This document shows positions 19,619 to 29,088 of a DNA stretch of 64,000 nt, piece by piece. This DNA is from Bacteroidales bacterium. Lineage in GTDB: Bacteria; Bacteroidota; Bacteroidia; Bacteroidales; UBA4417. Both the position numbers and the translations under genes were made by a program. The stretch lies in NCBI GenBank assembly GCA_030654075.1, contig JAURYB010000005.1, forward strand, positions 8,732 through 72,731, written 5' to 3'. The first letter of the stretch is position 1, and the number at the start of each line of letters is the position of its first letter. Under the pieces are notes generated by a model, which made no database searches, had not been told where the DNA came from, and saw nothing but the letters and a program-made list of their open reading frames with translations.

Positions 19619-20737
19619 TTACTTTTGTTTATTTTTATAAATCAAAACCCCCAATTTCTCAATCGGCAGGTTATTAAAAAACAATCCCACAAAATCCGAT
19701 AATCCTTGGTTAGGCTCTATGAATGCCTCAAGTTCCTGCAGGGTGGCGGGCCGGTAATCCCACGACATGTATTGTACTGTTGTTACCGGCAGTGAGCGGT
19801 CCCAGCAAGCCGGGTTAAACTTTACCACGGCTCGGCCTTCGCCACGGGCATTAATAGTCGAAATTCCACACTCTTCAGCCGGACAGGAATATGCCGGAAG
19901 TTTCAGTTCTTCGGCAGTGAAGTTTTCATATTCCTGTTTAATTACCTGGTATAGCCTTGGTTTCATGGTGTGATCAGGGTCGGGATTAAAGTTCATTTTA
20001 GCCCAGCCTGCGACCATCTTTTCGTAATTAATACTGTCAATCTCGTGTTTTACTTTGTAGTACGCCAGCTTGGTTTCCATAATTTCTTTTACTGTTACCG
20101 GAATCCAGATTTCGGGCCTTTCGGGATTGAAAATAAGTAAAGAACCTTTAAACCAGGTTCCTGCATCGGAAGCGTATAACCTCACGCCAGGGGCAATTTC
20201 TTTAATGACAGGCGCTGTGGTATAATATTTTCTGAGATTTTCGCGTGCTTTTTCCAGGGGTTGTTTTAAATGCGGCGGATCGTCGGTTTTAAATTCAGCT
20301 TCATCGAATTGTGTACTGATGTAGTACATCGGGTTGTTGATAATGATTTCTGTTCCGTGGGCAGACCAACCGGTTGCTGTATGTGATACCCCGTTTTCGG
20401 TATAAAAGTGATGAAATGAAATACCGATGGAACCTCGTATTCCATAGTCCTCCATCTTACTTCTTTCATCAAAACAATAGGCTGATAATCCAACCACAGC
20501 ATCAAAACCGGTGGGATAACCAAGCACAGAATCATTCAGGCGCACCCATTCAACAATGGCTGTGAGGTTATTTTTAAAAGTAGTTACATCTACTCCCGGG
20601 CATTTTCCCTGTTGATTATTAAAAACAAACTTACCTGGTTTATCGGGCTGATATTGCATGGATTGGGCCTGAGAAACAGAAACTAACAGGATTAATCCCA
20701 ATACTACGAAACAACCTTTTATAACACTTTTATTCAT
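19619..20737 (-). CDS. Secreted protein, paralog family A (A4)
   Basis: Signal peptide; IFNPERPEIWIPVT, KFNPACWDRSLPVTTVQ. Only 7 nt upstream of B0. Confidence 0.65.
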   Translation of the reverse strand: MNKSVIKGCFVVLGLILLVSVSQAQSMQYQPDKPGKFVFNNQQGKCPGVDVTTFKNNLTAIVEWVRLNDSVLGYPTGFDAVVGLSAYCFDERSKMEDYGIRGSIGISFHHFYTENGVSHTATGWSAHGTEIIINNPMYYISTQFDEAEFKTDDPPHLKQPLEKARENLRKYYTTAPVIKEIAPGVRLYASDAGTWFKGSLLIFNPERPEIWIPVTVKEIMETKLAYYKVKHEIDSINYEKMVAGWAKMNFNPDPDHTMKPRLYQVIKQEYENFTAEELKLPAYSCPAEECGISTINARGEGRAVVKFNPACWDRSLPVTTVQYMSWDYRPATLQELEAFIEPNQGLSDFVGLFFNNLPIEKLGVLIYKNKQK

Positions 20738-20882
20738 TGATAATCATTTTGCGGAAACATTACGAAAGTTAACAATTATATGCTCCACCTCAGATCATAC
20801 CCATAAAATCCATGAAGCTTATTATACTTTAATCCATTTGAATCACTTTATCAAGAAAATTTACCCGTGCTTAATCTACCAT

Positions 20883-22982
20883 TTATGGGAAATCAGGCGT
20901 AATAATACCTGCATCCGAAGTAAGTTCAGGACCGCTTTCCAGGGACATGCGGCCGGCAACTTCTCCTTCGACCAGTCCGCCCAGGCCTGCTTTTACATTA
21001 CTGGTGAATTCTATATTTTTTAGTACATCATCCTGTCCAACAGTTAGTTCAACCATAACGGTTGCTTCAACGGAAACATTCCCACTGCCGTATTCGCCTT
21101 TCACTCCAACACCAACTCCGATCGTGGTTTCATGTTTGTTAAAATCACGGCTTATTGACCAGAGTAATCCTTCGCCACCCGAAAGCTTAACATGATCGCA
21201 ACCCAGCTCGAACGACAAGGCGCCGATTCCCAATTTGATACCATCCTTACCCAAAGGGCAGTCCTTTTCTTTCTTTTTAGGAAGCTTCGAATCGTCGGGG
21301 GCAGCTGAAGGCGGATCAGGTGGTTTGGGCTCAACACATTTCAGCTCGTTGTATTGCTTAGCCGTTTCGGGTAGTCCTGCACCTATTCCGACAACTACTT
21401 TTTCGTGCGTCAGCACCAGCATTTCGCGGTACAGATTTTGTAACTCGTTGAAGCTGGGCGAATAAATTTTCTCCAGGATAGGATTTGTGTACGCGTAATA
21501 ATCCGACACGGCTTCCTTGAATGCACTATATTCAGTTTTATAGGCTTTGAAAGTAGCAGAAAACGTATTATTCAATTCTCCTTTTTGCAGGAGACACATC
21601 TGGTATGTTTCCTGTTCAGCTTCGTACTCAACCTGATCCATCTGGGCCTTTACTTTATTCTGGCAAACTTCATTATCGCCGCAAGCCGTCAGGTCTTCAT
21701 AGAGTTTGAGGAGCTGATCCTGCAGACGTAAAACCTTGTCCAGATGCTGTTGCATGGCAGGAAGGTCTTTTTGCAGAAAGACCGAGTTTTGCTCCAGCAG
21801 TTTGCCTCCATTCGTTATTGCTTTGCCGTAATTGCTGTTTTCACCAAAAAGCAGTTCGGTAACATCCTGAAATTGCATCAGTTCCATGGCAAAATCACGC
21901 TTGAAAACCATAGAATTATCAGAATCTTTCAGCGCTTTTTCCTGTTGCTTTCGCACTACTGCCAGGGCGGACATGTATTCATCGAGCAAGCGTTGCATAC
22001 GTGAGTCAATCCCGTTCAAATAGTTTTGAACCTGCTGTTCTTGCGAAGCGGTCCGTTCCATTTGTTCGTAAACAGGCATCTCCGGCACATTAACTTCGCC
22101 GGCATCCCCTTTTTCCGGTGTAAGCGGTTTCTCTTGCTCGCCTGATGTTTTAGGTGGCTGGGCTGCTTTTGCCTGCTTGTAGGCGGCAAATCCTACAGCA
22201 GAATAATTGTCGGCCAGAGCTTTTCTCAAATATTCTGCTGCTTTTATGTTATTACCTTCGCATTTGGCAATAAGCCCCAAACCCAGGTAAGGCGATGTCA
22301 TTTCGGGCGCAACTTTGAGTGCTTTTTCAAACATTTGCTTTGCAAGAACCTGATAGCCCATTTCGCGGTACACCCAGCCCATATTCAGGATAACAAGCGC
22401 AATGTCAGGCTTGAGTTTGTCGGCATAACGCAGCACCTGTATGGCTTTGGTATATTCACCCATATCCTTTAAGGCAACGCCAAGGTTGTTTGCCGTAAGG
22501 ATGTCATCAGGTTTTTTAGTGGCGCTCCACGAAGCCGTATAAATGGATGCCGAACCGGCACCGGCGATCCTGAACATGGCTCCCATATCGGCTCCATCGG
22601 TAGGTTTTCCGGAAGTCGCCAGCAACTTTTTCAAGCCAGGCAAATCGCCGGACTTTGGCCCATAAACTGCCATAAGCCCTTTAGCCATGGCAACATAGCT
22701 GTCGCGGGTAAGATCAGAAACCTTAAACGGAATTTTTGCAGCAGCCGGACACTCTGATTTATTAGCTCCTGTTTTTGCGGAACCTTGTTGGACGGGGGTG
22801 TTCGCCTGCTTTTCCATCTTTTTATCCATCTCGTCGAACCATTTTTCCATGGTAGCTTCTTCGGCTTCAGTTAGGTCCTCGCCGGCTTTTTCTTTCGCCA
22901 TGATGCGTTTTATTTCATCGGGCTGTGCGAAAGATACAAGACTGAAATTCAGGAAAAGCAAGAAGAGGAGGAAAAACTTCAT
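20883..22982 (-). CDS. Secreted TPR-repeat protein with coiled-coil and beta-rich C-terminal regions
   Basis: Signal peptide MKFFLLFLLFLNFSLVSFAQ. TPR-like stretch ANNLGVALKDMGEYTKAIQVLRYADKLKPD...MGWVYREMGYQVLAKQMFEKALKVAP. Confidence 0.65.
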   Translation of the reverse strand: MKFFLLFLLFLNFSLVSFAQPDEIKRIMAKEKAGEDLTEAEEATMEKWFDEMDKKMEKQANTPVQQGSAKTGANKSECPAAAKIPFKVSDLTRDSYVAMAKGLMAVYGPKSGDLPGLKKLLATSGKPTDGADMGAMFRIAGAGSASIYTASWSATKKPDDILTANNLGVALKDMGEYTKAIQVLRYADKLKPDIALVILNMGWVYREMGYQVLAKQMFEKALKVAPEMTSPYLGLGLIAKCEGNNIKAAEYLRKALADNYSAVGFAAYKQAKAAQPPKTSGEQEKPLTPEKGDAGEVNVPEMPVYEQMERTASQEQQVQNYLNGIDSRMQRLLDEYMSALAVVRKQQEKALKDSDNSMVFKRDFAMELMQFQDVTELLFGENSNYGKAITNGGKLLEQNSVFLQKDLPAMQQHLDKVLRLQDQLLKLYEDLTACGDNEVCQNKVKAQMDQVEYEAEQETYQMCLLQKGELNNTFSATFKAYKTEYSAFKEAVSDYYAYTNPILEKIYSPSFNELQNLYREMLVLTHEKVVVGIGAGLPETAKQYNELKCVEPKPPDPPSAAPDDSKLPKKKEKDCPLGKDGIKLGIGALSFELGCDHVKLSGGEGLLWSISRDFNKHETTIGVGVGVKGEYGSGNVSVEATVMVELTVGQDDVLKNIEFTSNVKAGLGGLVEGEVAGRMSLESGPELTSDAGIITPDFP

Positions 22983-23142
22983 GGAATAAGAATTTGTTGA
23001 TCAGGTAATTAAAAAAACGGTTGATAGCGATGATTAACTATCAGCCAACCAGGCTAAGGAGCAGATATTAATTATGGCTCATTTCAATTCACTGTTGTCC
23101 GGATAAATTAGATTAAAAACGCTGTAATGCCCGACATATATA

Positions 23143-23293
23143 TCGTCCCTACAGGACTTTGAACCAACCTACAATTTGATTTCTACCAATATGTTGTCCC
23201 TAACGGGACAATTCCTAAGATTATTTGTGTAATCAAATACATATAGGTAGAATGAAAAGTAACCATCATAAGCATAAAGTTCCCGAGGGACGA
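23143..23293. repeat. Nested GTCCC-N-GGGAC palindromic element, copy 1 (degenerate)
   Basis: Outer arms TCGTCCCTACAGGACTTT / AAAGTTCCCGAGGGACGA. Inner arms TTTCTACCAATAT / ATATAGGTAGAA. Internal hairpin TTGTCCCTAACGGGACAA. Confidence 0.6.
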
Positions 23294-23347
23294 AATAGAA
23301 TTTTACACGGACGCCAATGATTTTAATTAAAAAAAATCCACTATTTC

Positions 23348-23740
23348 CTATTTCTTTGCCGAAGTTGTAAAAGAAATCTCATTACCGTAAATGGTTTCGG
23401 TGCTGGTGGTGATAAACGACCTGATATACAATTTCATACCTGGAGTTAAGCCGGTTAACTGAACATTAAAACTTGGTCCCGGTGCTTTATCGGCTCCATA
23501 AACGGTGTTTTTGGTGGTAGGTCCGGGGCCTTTGCTCAGGCAGATTCCATGTTTGGTTATTGTAACTCCTGCCGCAGTAATTACATACCCGCTTTGGGCA
23601 GAAGTAGCTGTAATGTTTTTAACAGCAGTAGTTTTTACGGATGGAGTTTTTTGCGCATAAATGCCGGAAGAGAGCATTACGGTACTTATTGTTGCTATAA
23701 GTACAACGCATACAGAAATAAGAACTGACTTGTTTTTCAT
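23348..23740 (-). CDS. Small secreted single-domain (FN3-like) protein, paralog 1
   Basis: 130 aa with a signal peptide. The mature domain differs from the 25421 paralog at 2 residues. The pattern HGIC.SKGPGPT...F.V.LTGLTPG..LYIRSF is typical of FN3-like beta-sandwich modules. Confidence 0.65.
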   Translation of the reverse strand: MKNKSVLISVCVVLIATISTVMLSSGIYAQKTPSVKTTAVKNITATSAQSGYVITAAGVTITKHGICLSKGPGPTTKNTVYGADKAPGPSFNVQLTGLTPGMKLYIRSFITTSTETIYGNEISFTTSAKK

Positions 23741-23927
23741 AACATTGTTGTTTAATGATTAAAAAATAGTCTGTTTATAGTATTGATTACAAGGACAATA
23801 AAAGAGTCTGTTTTAAAGTGTTTACCAGTTTTCTGAACTGCCGGAATGCAACCCGGATCTTATTTTTCAATGGTTTTTGTATCAGAGGGAATCTCAAATT
23901 TACTAGCTTGAATTGATAGATTTTTAA

Positions 23928-24935
23928 TTATTTTACATCAAGCAGTGCCTTCAATGCATTGACATCAAGTTGTTTAACGAACTCACAGTGCCTGCGGTAT
24001 TCGAGATGAGTATCATCACAATTTCTGTCAAATGATTCCGTCAGGGTATGCACTGCTATCAGTTGAATGGAAGTTCGTGGCAACGATTTATCGAAATAAT
24101 CGGGATTAAACCGCAGCAGCGGACTGTCGTTTTCAACTGCAGTAACTCCTGATATGTTTCCTGTGGTAAAATATGCCGGCCCGTTCAGTTGTTCTGTCGA
24201 AAAAACCCCTTTTTCTTTTTCAATTTCTTCAACCACGTATACGTATGAATTGTCCTTTTCCTGAACAATACTAAAGTATTCCGTTATCTGATCGAAAAGC
24301 TCACCACATTTTACGGGAATCCAGTAAGGGCACTTTGGATTTGAAATAATAATTATTCCTGATTGATATGCCGTTACGCCCTCTGCCAGTTCTTTGGCCA
24401 CCAATGGTTTGACAAATATTTTACTCAGATTTTGCGCCGCAATTTCAAGTTTTTCAGGTGTAGGGTGAAGTTCGGAAGCGAGATAGTGCAGGTATTTTTC
24501 GGAAGTTGCTTGTGGCTCGTTCACATGTACGTCGCAACTGGTCACTTCCATGCAGTGTTTCCTGATGTTCCCTTTCTCATCTTTAAATAACGGGCAAAAT
24601 TGTATTGCAATCCGCGACCCGACAATATCATCAGCAAGTGATCGCAGGTGAAAGCCTGCTTTATCATCGGGCCATACCCTCACATTGACAGAAGGTTCAA
24701 TACCAACAGGATTTTTGAGTACCGGATTTTGGTGCAGCGTTTCAATCACAAGGTCAATGTTCTTCTGATATTCAGCCAATTCAGCCGGACTGAGTTTGTA
24801 CTTTTCTATTTCACCCGTAATCTTATGGTGATACGACCATTTTCCCGGTTGATCAGGAAGCCAGATTATTTCGTTTTGCGCATACAACCCTCTCGTCACA
24901 AGAGTAATAAGAAGTAAGTTAAAAAATAGTTTCAT
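23928..24935 (-). CDS. Secreted protein, paralog family A (A5, divergent)
   Basis: Start set at ATG 24935 (MKLFFNLLLITLVTRGLYAQ). Motifs ISNPKCPYWIPVK, RFNPDYFDKSLPRTSIQ. C-terminal LLDVK is shared with A7. Confidence 0.65.
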   Translation of the reverse strand: MKLFFNLLLITLVTRGLYAQNEIIWLPDQPGKWSYHHKITGEIEKYKLSPAELAEYQKNIDLVIETLHQNPVLKNPVGIEPSVNVRVWPDDKAGFHLRSLADDIVGSRIAIQFCPLFKDEKGNIRKHCMEVTSCDVHVNEPQATSEKYLHYLASELHPTPEKLEIAAQNLSKIFVKPLVAKELAEGVTAYQSGIIIISNPKCPYWIPVKCGELFDQITEYFSIVQEKDNSYVYVVEEIEKEKGVFSTEQLNGPAYFTTGNISGVTAVENDSPLLRFNPDYFDKSLPRTSIQLIAVHTLTESFDRNCDDTHLEYRRHCEFVKQLDVNALKALLDVK

Positions 24936-25025
24936 ATTTGATTTCTTAGTAAAAGTTTCAAAATAACTTCCCCAATTACAATTGAATATGTGAACAAATT
25001 TATAACGGTCAGACAAAATACTATC

Positions 25026-25159
25026 TCGTCCCTACGGGACTTTATTCTGACTCGTGTTTGGCTTTCTACCAATATATTGTCCCTACGGGACAGTCCCAGC
25101 GGGACTGAATATTGGTAGAAAAATAAGCTACCCCAATGACCAAAGTCCCGTAGGGACGA
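25026..25159. repeat. Nested GTCCC-N-GGGAC palindromic element, copy 2 (intact)
   Basis: Perfect 18-bp outer inverted repeat TCGTCCCTACGGGACTTT (25026-25043) / AAAGTCCCGTAGGGACGA (25142-25159). Inner 13-bp arms TTTCTACCAATAT / ATATTGGTAGAAA enclose two adjacent hairpins, TGTCCCTACGGGACA and GTCCCAGCGGGAC. Confidence 0.75.
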
Positions 25160-25420
25160 TATATTTGTTAAAAAGTACATTCAGGAATTGAGTTTAAAAA
25201 AATCTGAAATTTCTAATGTGGGATTTCTACAGAGTTTTGGGGAAGTTATTTCGAATGTTTCTCTTAGTTTGCAAATACCTAATGATCAGTGTGCTAAGTT
25301 ACATAAATTGATGTACAGATATATAAAAATTACTGATTGATAGCGATGGTAGAGTATCTGTCAACAACGCTTGGGAGCCGGTAATATTTATTGTTCATTT
25401 CAAACGAAATCTGCCTTTTT

Positions 25421-25813
25421 CTATTTCTTCGCTAAGGTTGTAAAAGAAATTTCATTCCCATAAATAGTTTCGGTGCTGGTGGTGATAAATGACCTGATAT
25501 ATAATTTCATGCCCGGAGTTAAGCCGGTTAGCTGAACATTAAAGCTTGGTCCCGGTGCTTTATCGGCGCCATAAACAGTGTTTTTAGTGGTAGGACCAGG
25601 GCCTTTGCTCATGCATATTCCATGTTTTGTAATGGTAACTCCTGCTGCTGTAATTACATATCCGCTTTGAGCAGAAGTAGCTGTGATGTTTTTCACAGGA
25701 TTAGTTTTGACAGATGGTGCTTTTTGTGCATTAATGCCGGACGAGAGCATAACGATGCCAATTGTTGCGGTAAGTACAACGCATAGAGAAAAAAGGACTG
25801 ATTTGTTTTTCAT
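25421..25813 (-). CDS. Small secreted single-domain (FN3-like) protein, paralog 2
   Basis: Start set at ATG 25813 (MKNKSVLFSLCVVL...). Near-identical mature domain to 23348-23740. Confidence 0.65.
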   Translation of the reverse strand: MKNKSVLFSLCVVLTATIGIVMLSSGINAQKAPSVKTNPVKNITATSAQSGYVITAAGVTITKHGICMSKGPGPTTKNTVYGADKAPGPSFNVQLTGLTPGMKLYIRSFITTSTETIYGNEISFTTLAKK

Positions 25814-25895
25814 AACATAGTTGGTTAAAGGGTTAAAAATAAATCTGTTTTTACTGTCAATCAAAGTACTACTGTTATTTTATTGGATATTTTTT

Positions 25896-26056
25896 GTCGG
25901 AAGGCGGAAGTCAGAAGTCGGAAGTTTCCCTGATAACTTCATTTATTCTTAAAAGTAGAAATTTGTTGACTAATTGCCATACTTCATAAATATCCCTTTA
26001 CAGGACCAAAACTCAAATTGGCACTTTCTATAGTCTTCCGACTCCGGACTTTCGAC
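25896..26056. repeat. GGAAGTC-armed inverted-repeat element, copy 2
   Basis: Arms GTCGGAAGGCGGAAGTCAGAAGTCGGAAGTTTCC and AGTCTTCCGACTCCGGACTTTCGAC. Absent from the homologous upstream region of the paralogous gene at 23.8 kb. Confidence 0.65.
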
Positions 26057-26213
26057 CATTTTAAATCCATTTCCATTCAATTCGTGTTAGAACCACAATA
26101 AATAAGTCTTTTTTAAAATGATTAGAATTATTCTGAACTGCCGGAGTGTAACCGGATTTTAATTTTCACTGATTTTTCTATCTGCGCGGATTTCAAATTT
26201 ACTTGCAAGTGCC

Positions 26214-26693
26214 CTATTGTTTGATTATTTTGTATCCTGCATACGTTTTATTTGTAACATCTTTGATTAATACCCAATATATACCTGGGGATAAATGGCT
26301 TACATGAATCTCGGCTTTTAGTTCATCGGTTATTTTATTTTGAATCAATTTCCCAAACAAATCAGAAATTGATATATCATATTTCGATTCATTTTCAAAA
26401 CTAATTGTTAATAAATCTTCTGTCGGATTGGGAAATATACTTACACCTGCCAGTTTGGTGAGTTCTTCTGTTCCCACAGTATTAAACATATCTGAATTTA
26501 TAAACCCCTCAGAAATGCCAAAAGAGCCAGTAGTTTTTTCCTGAACAGCAACTTCTCCAATGGTATAAATCATTTTAGTAGTTCCGCTCTGGGTAGAAGT
26601 TCCTCCACTATCTATACTTGATTTTTTAATTCCCACCTGGCCAAACACGGTAAGACTACAAACCAAGGCTATAAAGGTTATAAAATTTCTCAT
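26214..26693 (-). CDS. Small T9SS C-terminal-sorting-domain protein
   Basis: 159 aa with a signal peptide. C-terminus SIFPNPTEDLLTISF...SISDLFGKLIQ...LSPGIYWVLIKD is Por-secretion-tail-like. Confidence 0.7.
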   Translation of the reverse strand: MRNFITFIALVCSLTVFGQVGIKKSSIDSGGTSTQSGTTKMIYTIGEVAVQEKTTGSFGISEGFINSDMFNTVGTEELTKLAGVSIFPNPTEDLLTISFENESKYDISISDLFGKLIQNKITDELKAEIHVSHLSPGIYWVLIKDVTNKTYAGYKIIKQ

Positions 26694-26709
26694 ATAATTT
26701 AGTTTTACA

Positions 26710-28215
26710 CTATTTTTTATACACTACAAAGTTGAAAAAAGAATCAGCCAATGTTCCGGAAAGATTCCATGTAAATATGTCAAAATAATTATCGGAAGGA
26801 CTGTATGTCAATATTTTAGGACTTGATGTATCCAATATATTTCCCACAACTACATACGCACTTGCACTCAAGCCTGTGGTAAATGTGATCCGATAAGTAC
26901 CTGTACTTTGTTTGGCAACGCTAAATCCTGCAGAACAACCGTTTGAAACAGCACCATTCGTATTTACATTGCCATAGATATAGGCTTTCATATCAGCCTC
27001 GCCTCCAACTTTGGATTTGAATTTGCCTTCCAAATATAAATCACCAACAAAATAACCGGCATAACTGCCTGTTTTGGTAGCATTGGCATAAACTGCCATG
27101 TGATAGCCCCCAGCAGTACTCGGTATTAATGAATATACTCCATATTTATTCCCAGAACCCGATCCATTTAAATAAGTAGAGACTCCATAGTGACTCCCAC
27201 CTCCGCTAACACTAATATTTTGGTAAGATCCAAATTGACTTCCTGTTCCGGAACCTGTTAAAATATTGTATTCTCCATAATTAGTTCCACCTCCGCTTCC
27301 TGATAGAGCATTTTTAATCCCAAAATGCTCGCCGCTGCCGCTACCAGTAAGTTCATTACTCACTCCATAATGGGTTGCATCATTTGAATTATAGATATAT
27401 TGATACGCGCCAATTTGTTCTCCGGTTCCAGTACCAAATAATTCATTGTAAGTTCCCCTATGTATACCACTACCAGTTCCAAGCAATGAATTTCTGCTAC
27501 CATAATGCAAACCATTGCCAGAGTTAGTAATCCAGTTTAAAGTTCCATATTGAATTCCTGTACCTGTTCCATATAACTCATTATAATTTCCCGTATTAGC
27601 TCCGGAACCGGTTCCGGATACTAAACTTTGCAGTCCTCTTTTGGCTGAGGCCGAAACCGTAGCATTAAAAGCACTTAAAGCTGTCAGAGTATTGTTAGCG
27701 GCAGTTACCTGTAATTGAGCATCATATGTTTCGCTGCCAATACCAACCTTGCCCATATGATAAATATCATCGGCATTAATTGTTGCCTTGAGAGTTGTGC
27801 CCGATTTGTAAAAATCATGGTCGTTGGCATCGAGAGCTTTTGCAGCAATTTTAGCATAAGGCACATAACGCATAACGGTAGTACCCATATCGACAAAACC
27901 ACCTCCGCTGTTAACTTCCACTTTAAGTGATTGAGGCAGGCTCCAGTTTATTGCCGCGAAAACTCCGAAAATTGATGTTCCTTCACCTATGTTGGCAATC
28001 ACGATACCATTTATATCGGTTACGGTATTGATGTGTTCCTCCTGGTAGACCATGGTGGTGCCGTTCTGCAAAATAGTAAACCGCAGAAAAACAACCTGGT
28101 TATACAAAATATTCCCATTGCTGGTAATTACGGCTTTATAACTAATGCCTTGTTGTGCATAAAGGGTGATTCCTAATATAGTGAGAAAAAAACCAAGAAA
28201 AAGTTTGAATTTCAT
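26710..28215 (-). CDS. Secreted Gly-rich repeat (solenoid / tail-fibre-like) protein
   Basis: Signal peptide, then a QQGISYKAVITSNGNIL... N-terminal module. This is followed by ~10 repeats of about 20 aa (YG..N.L.G(S/T)G(S/T)G). Confidence 0.6.
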   Translation of the reverse strand: MKFKLFLGFFLTILGITLYAQQGISYKAVITSNGNILYNQVVFLRFTILQNGTTMVYQEEHINTVTDINGIVIANIGEGTSIFGVFAAINWSLPQSLKVEVNSGGGFVDMGTTVMRYVPYAKIAAKALDANDHDFYKSGTTLKATINADDIYHMGKVGIGSETYDAQLQVTAANNTLTALSAFNATVSASAKRGLQSLVSGTGSGANTGNYNELYGTGTGIQYGTLNWITNSGNGLHYGSRNSLLGTGSGIHRGTYNELFGTGTGEQIGAYQYIYNSNDATHYGVSNELTGSGSGEHFGIKNALSGSGGGTNYGEYNILTGSGTGSQFGSYQNISVSGGGSHYGVSTYLNGSGSGNKYGVYSLIPSTAGGYHMAVYANATKTGSYAGYFVGDLYLEGKFKSKVGGEADMKAYIYGNVNTNGAVSNGCSAGFSVAKQSTGTYRITFTTGLSASAYVVVGNILDTSSPKILTYSPSDNYFDIFTWNLSGTLADSFFNFVVYKK

Positions 28216-28396
28216 TGTGGATAGGTTTATTTTGGTTTAAAAATGGATTGTTTGTTTAATTATTTATAATTCCTGTTTGAGCATTCATTTTAGGTCAGTT
28301 ATTACAATTCTAGAGGAGCCTGATTAAGATTCGTCCGGCTTTTTTATAGCTAAAAACGTAAAAGTTGCATATCGTTGCGTTTTCTTTAAGCAAAAC

Positions 28397-29053
28397 CTAT
28401 TTGACTGCCGCCATTTTTATATCAGCGGGTATTTCAAACTTATCAGCGGGAATTACCGGATTTTCTTCAAATTTCTCACCGATAAGTTTCATTTTCGTGG
28501 TTCCCATATCGATATCTGATTGAAGTGCCACTCCTTTGTAAACCAGGAAGGTGCCTTTCATCTTCATTTTGGTGTAGTCGATACTCATTTTTTCGCAGGT
28601 TTTGCCAAGGTATTCTTCCGTACCTTCTTTTTTAAGGTTCATGTCCTTGACCATTTGTTCCGAAAGGTTTTCAAAATCAATGTTTTGATTGCTTCCCTGA
28701 TACGAAGCAACTTTGGTTCCGGTTTTCTTTTCCATATCAAGGGTGTACATAAACCCATCTTTGGTAATGGTAACAGTATGGATTTTTACGCCCATCATAT
28801 CCATTTCCATATCCGTGGCTTCCTTTTTGCCATAATCGTCGAAAGTAAGAGTCTGTTTCATATCCATACCCATCATCTGGGTTTTGTACTCGACTATCCC
28901 CGATTTGATGGCATACCGGCCTTTTGGGGTTGCTGTTTCGGTTGCTGCCGGATTTTCAGCGGTAGAATTGGTTTCTGAAGTTTTGCTTTTACAGGAGAAA
29001 AGCAGCGTGGCTGTTGAAAAGATTGCCAGGGCAATTAGTTTATTTGATTTCAT
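28397..29053 (-). CDS. Hypothetical lipoprotein (Met/Lys-rich)
   Basis: Lipobox LLFSC; 218 aa. No family recognised. Confidence 0.55.
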   Translation of the reverse strand: MKSNKLIALAIFSTATLLFSCKSKTSETNSTAENPAATETATPKGRYAIKSGIVEYKTQMMGMDMKQTLTFDDYGKKEATDMEMDMMGVKIHTVTITKDGFMYTLDMEKKTGTKVASYQGSNQNIDFENLSEQMVKDMNLKKEGTEEYLGKTCEKMSIDYTKMKMKGTFLVYKGVALQSDIDMGTTKMKLIGEKFEENPVIPADKFEIPADIKMAAVK

Positions 29054-29088
29054 CTTGAGAGAGTTTGGTTTTTATCTGGTTGAATAAG

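Noticed and set aside
23348-25813. Diversity-generating retroelement or hypervariable target in the duplicated small gene
   Set aside because: The differences between the copies are almost all synonymous and spread evenly, not adenine-specific or clustered. No reverse transcriptase or template repeat is in the window.
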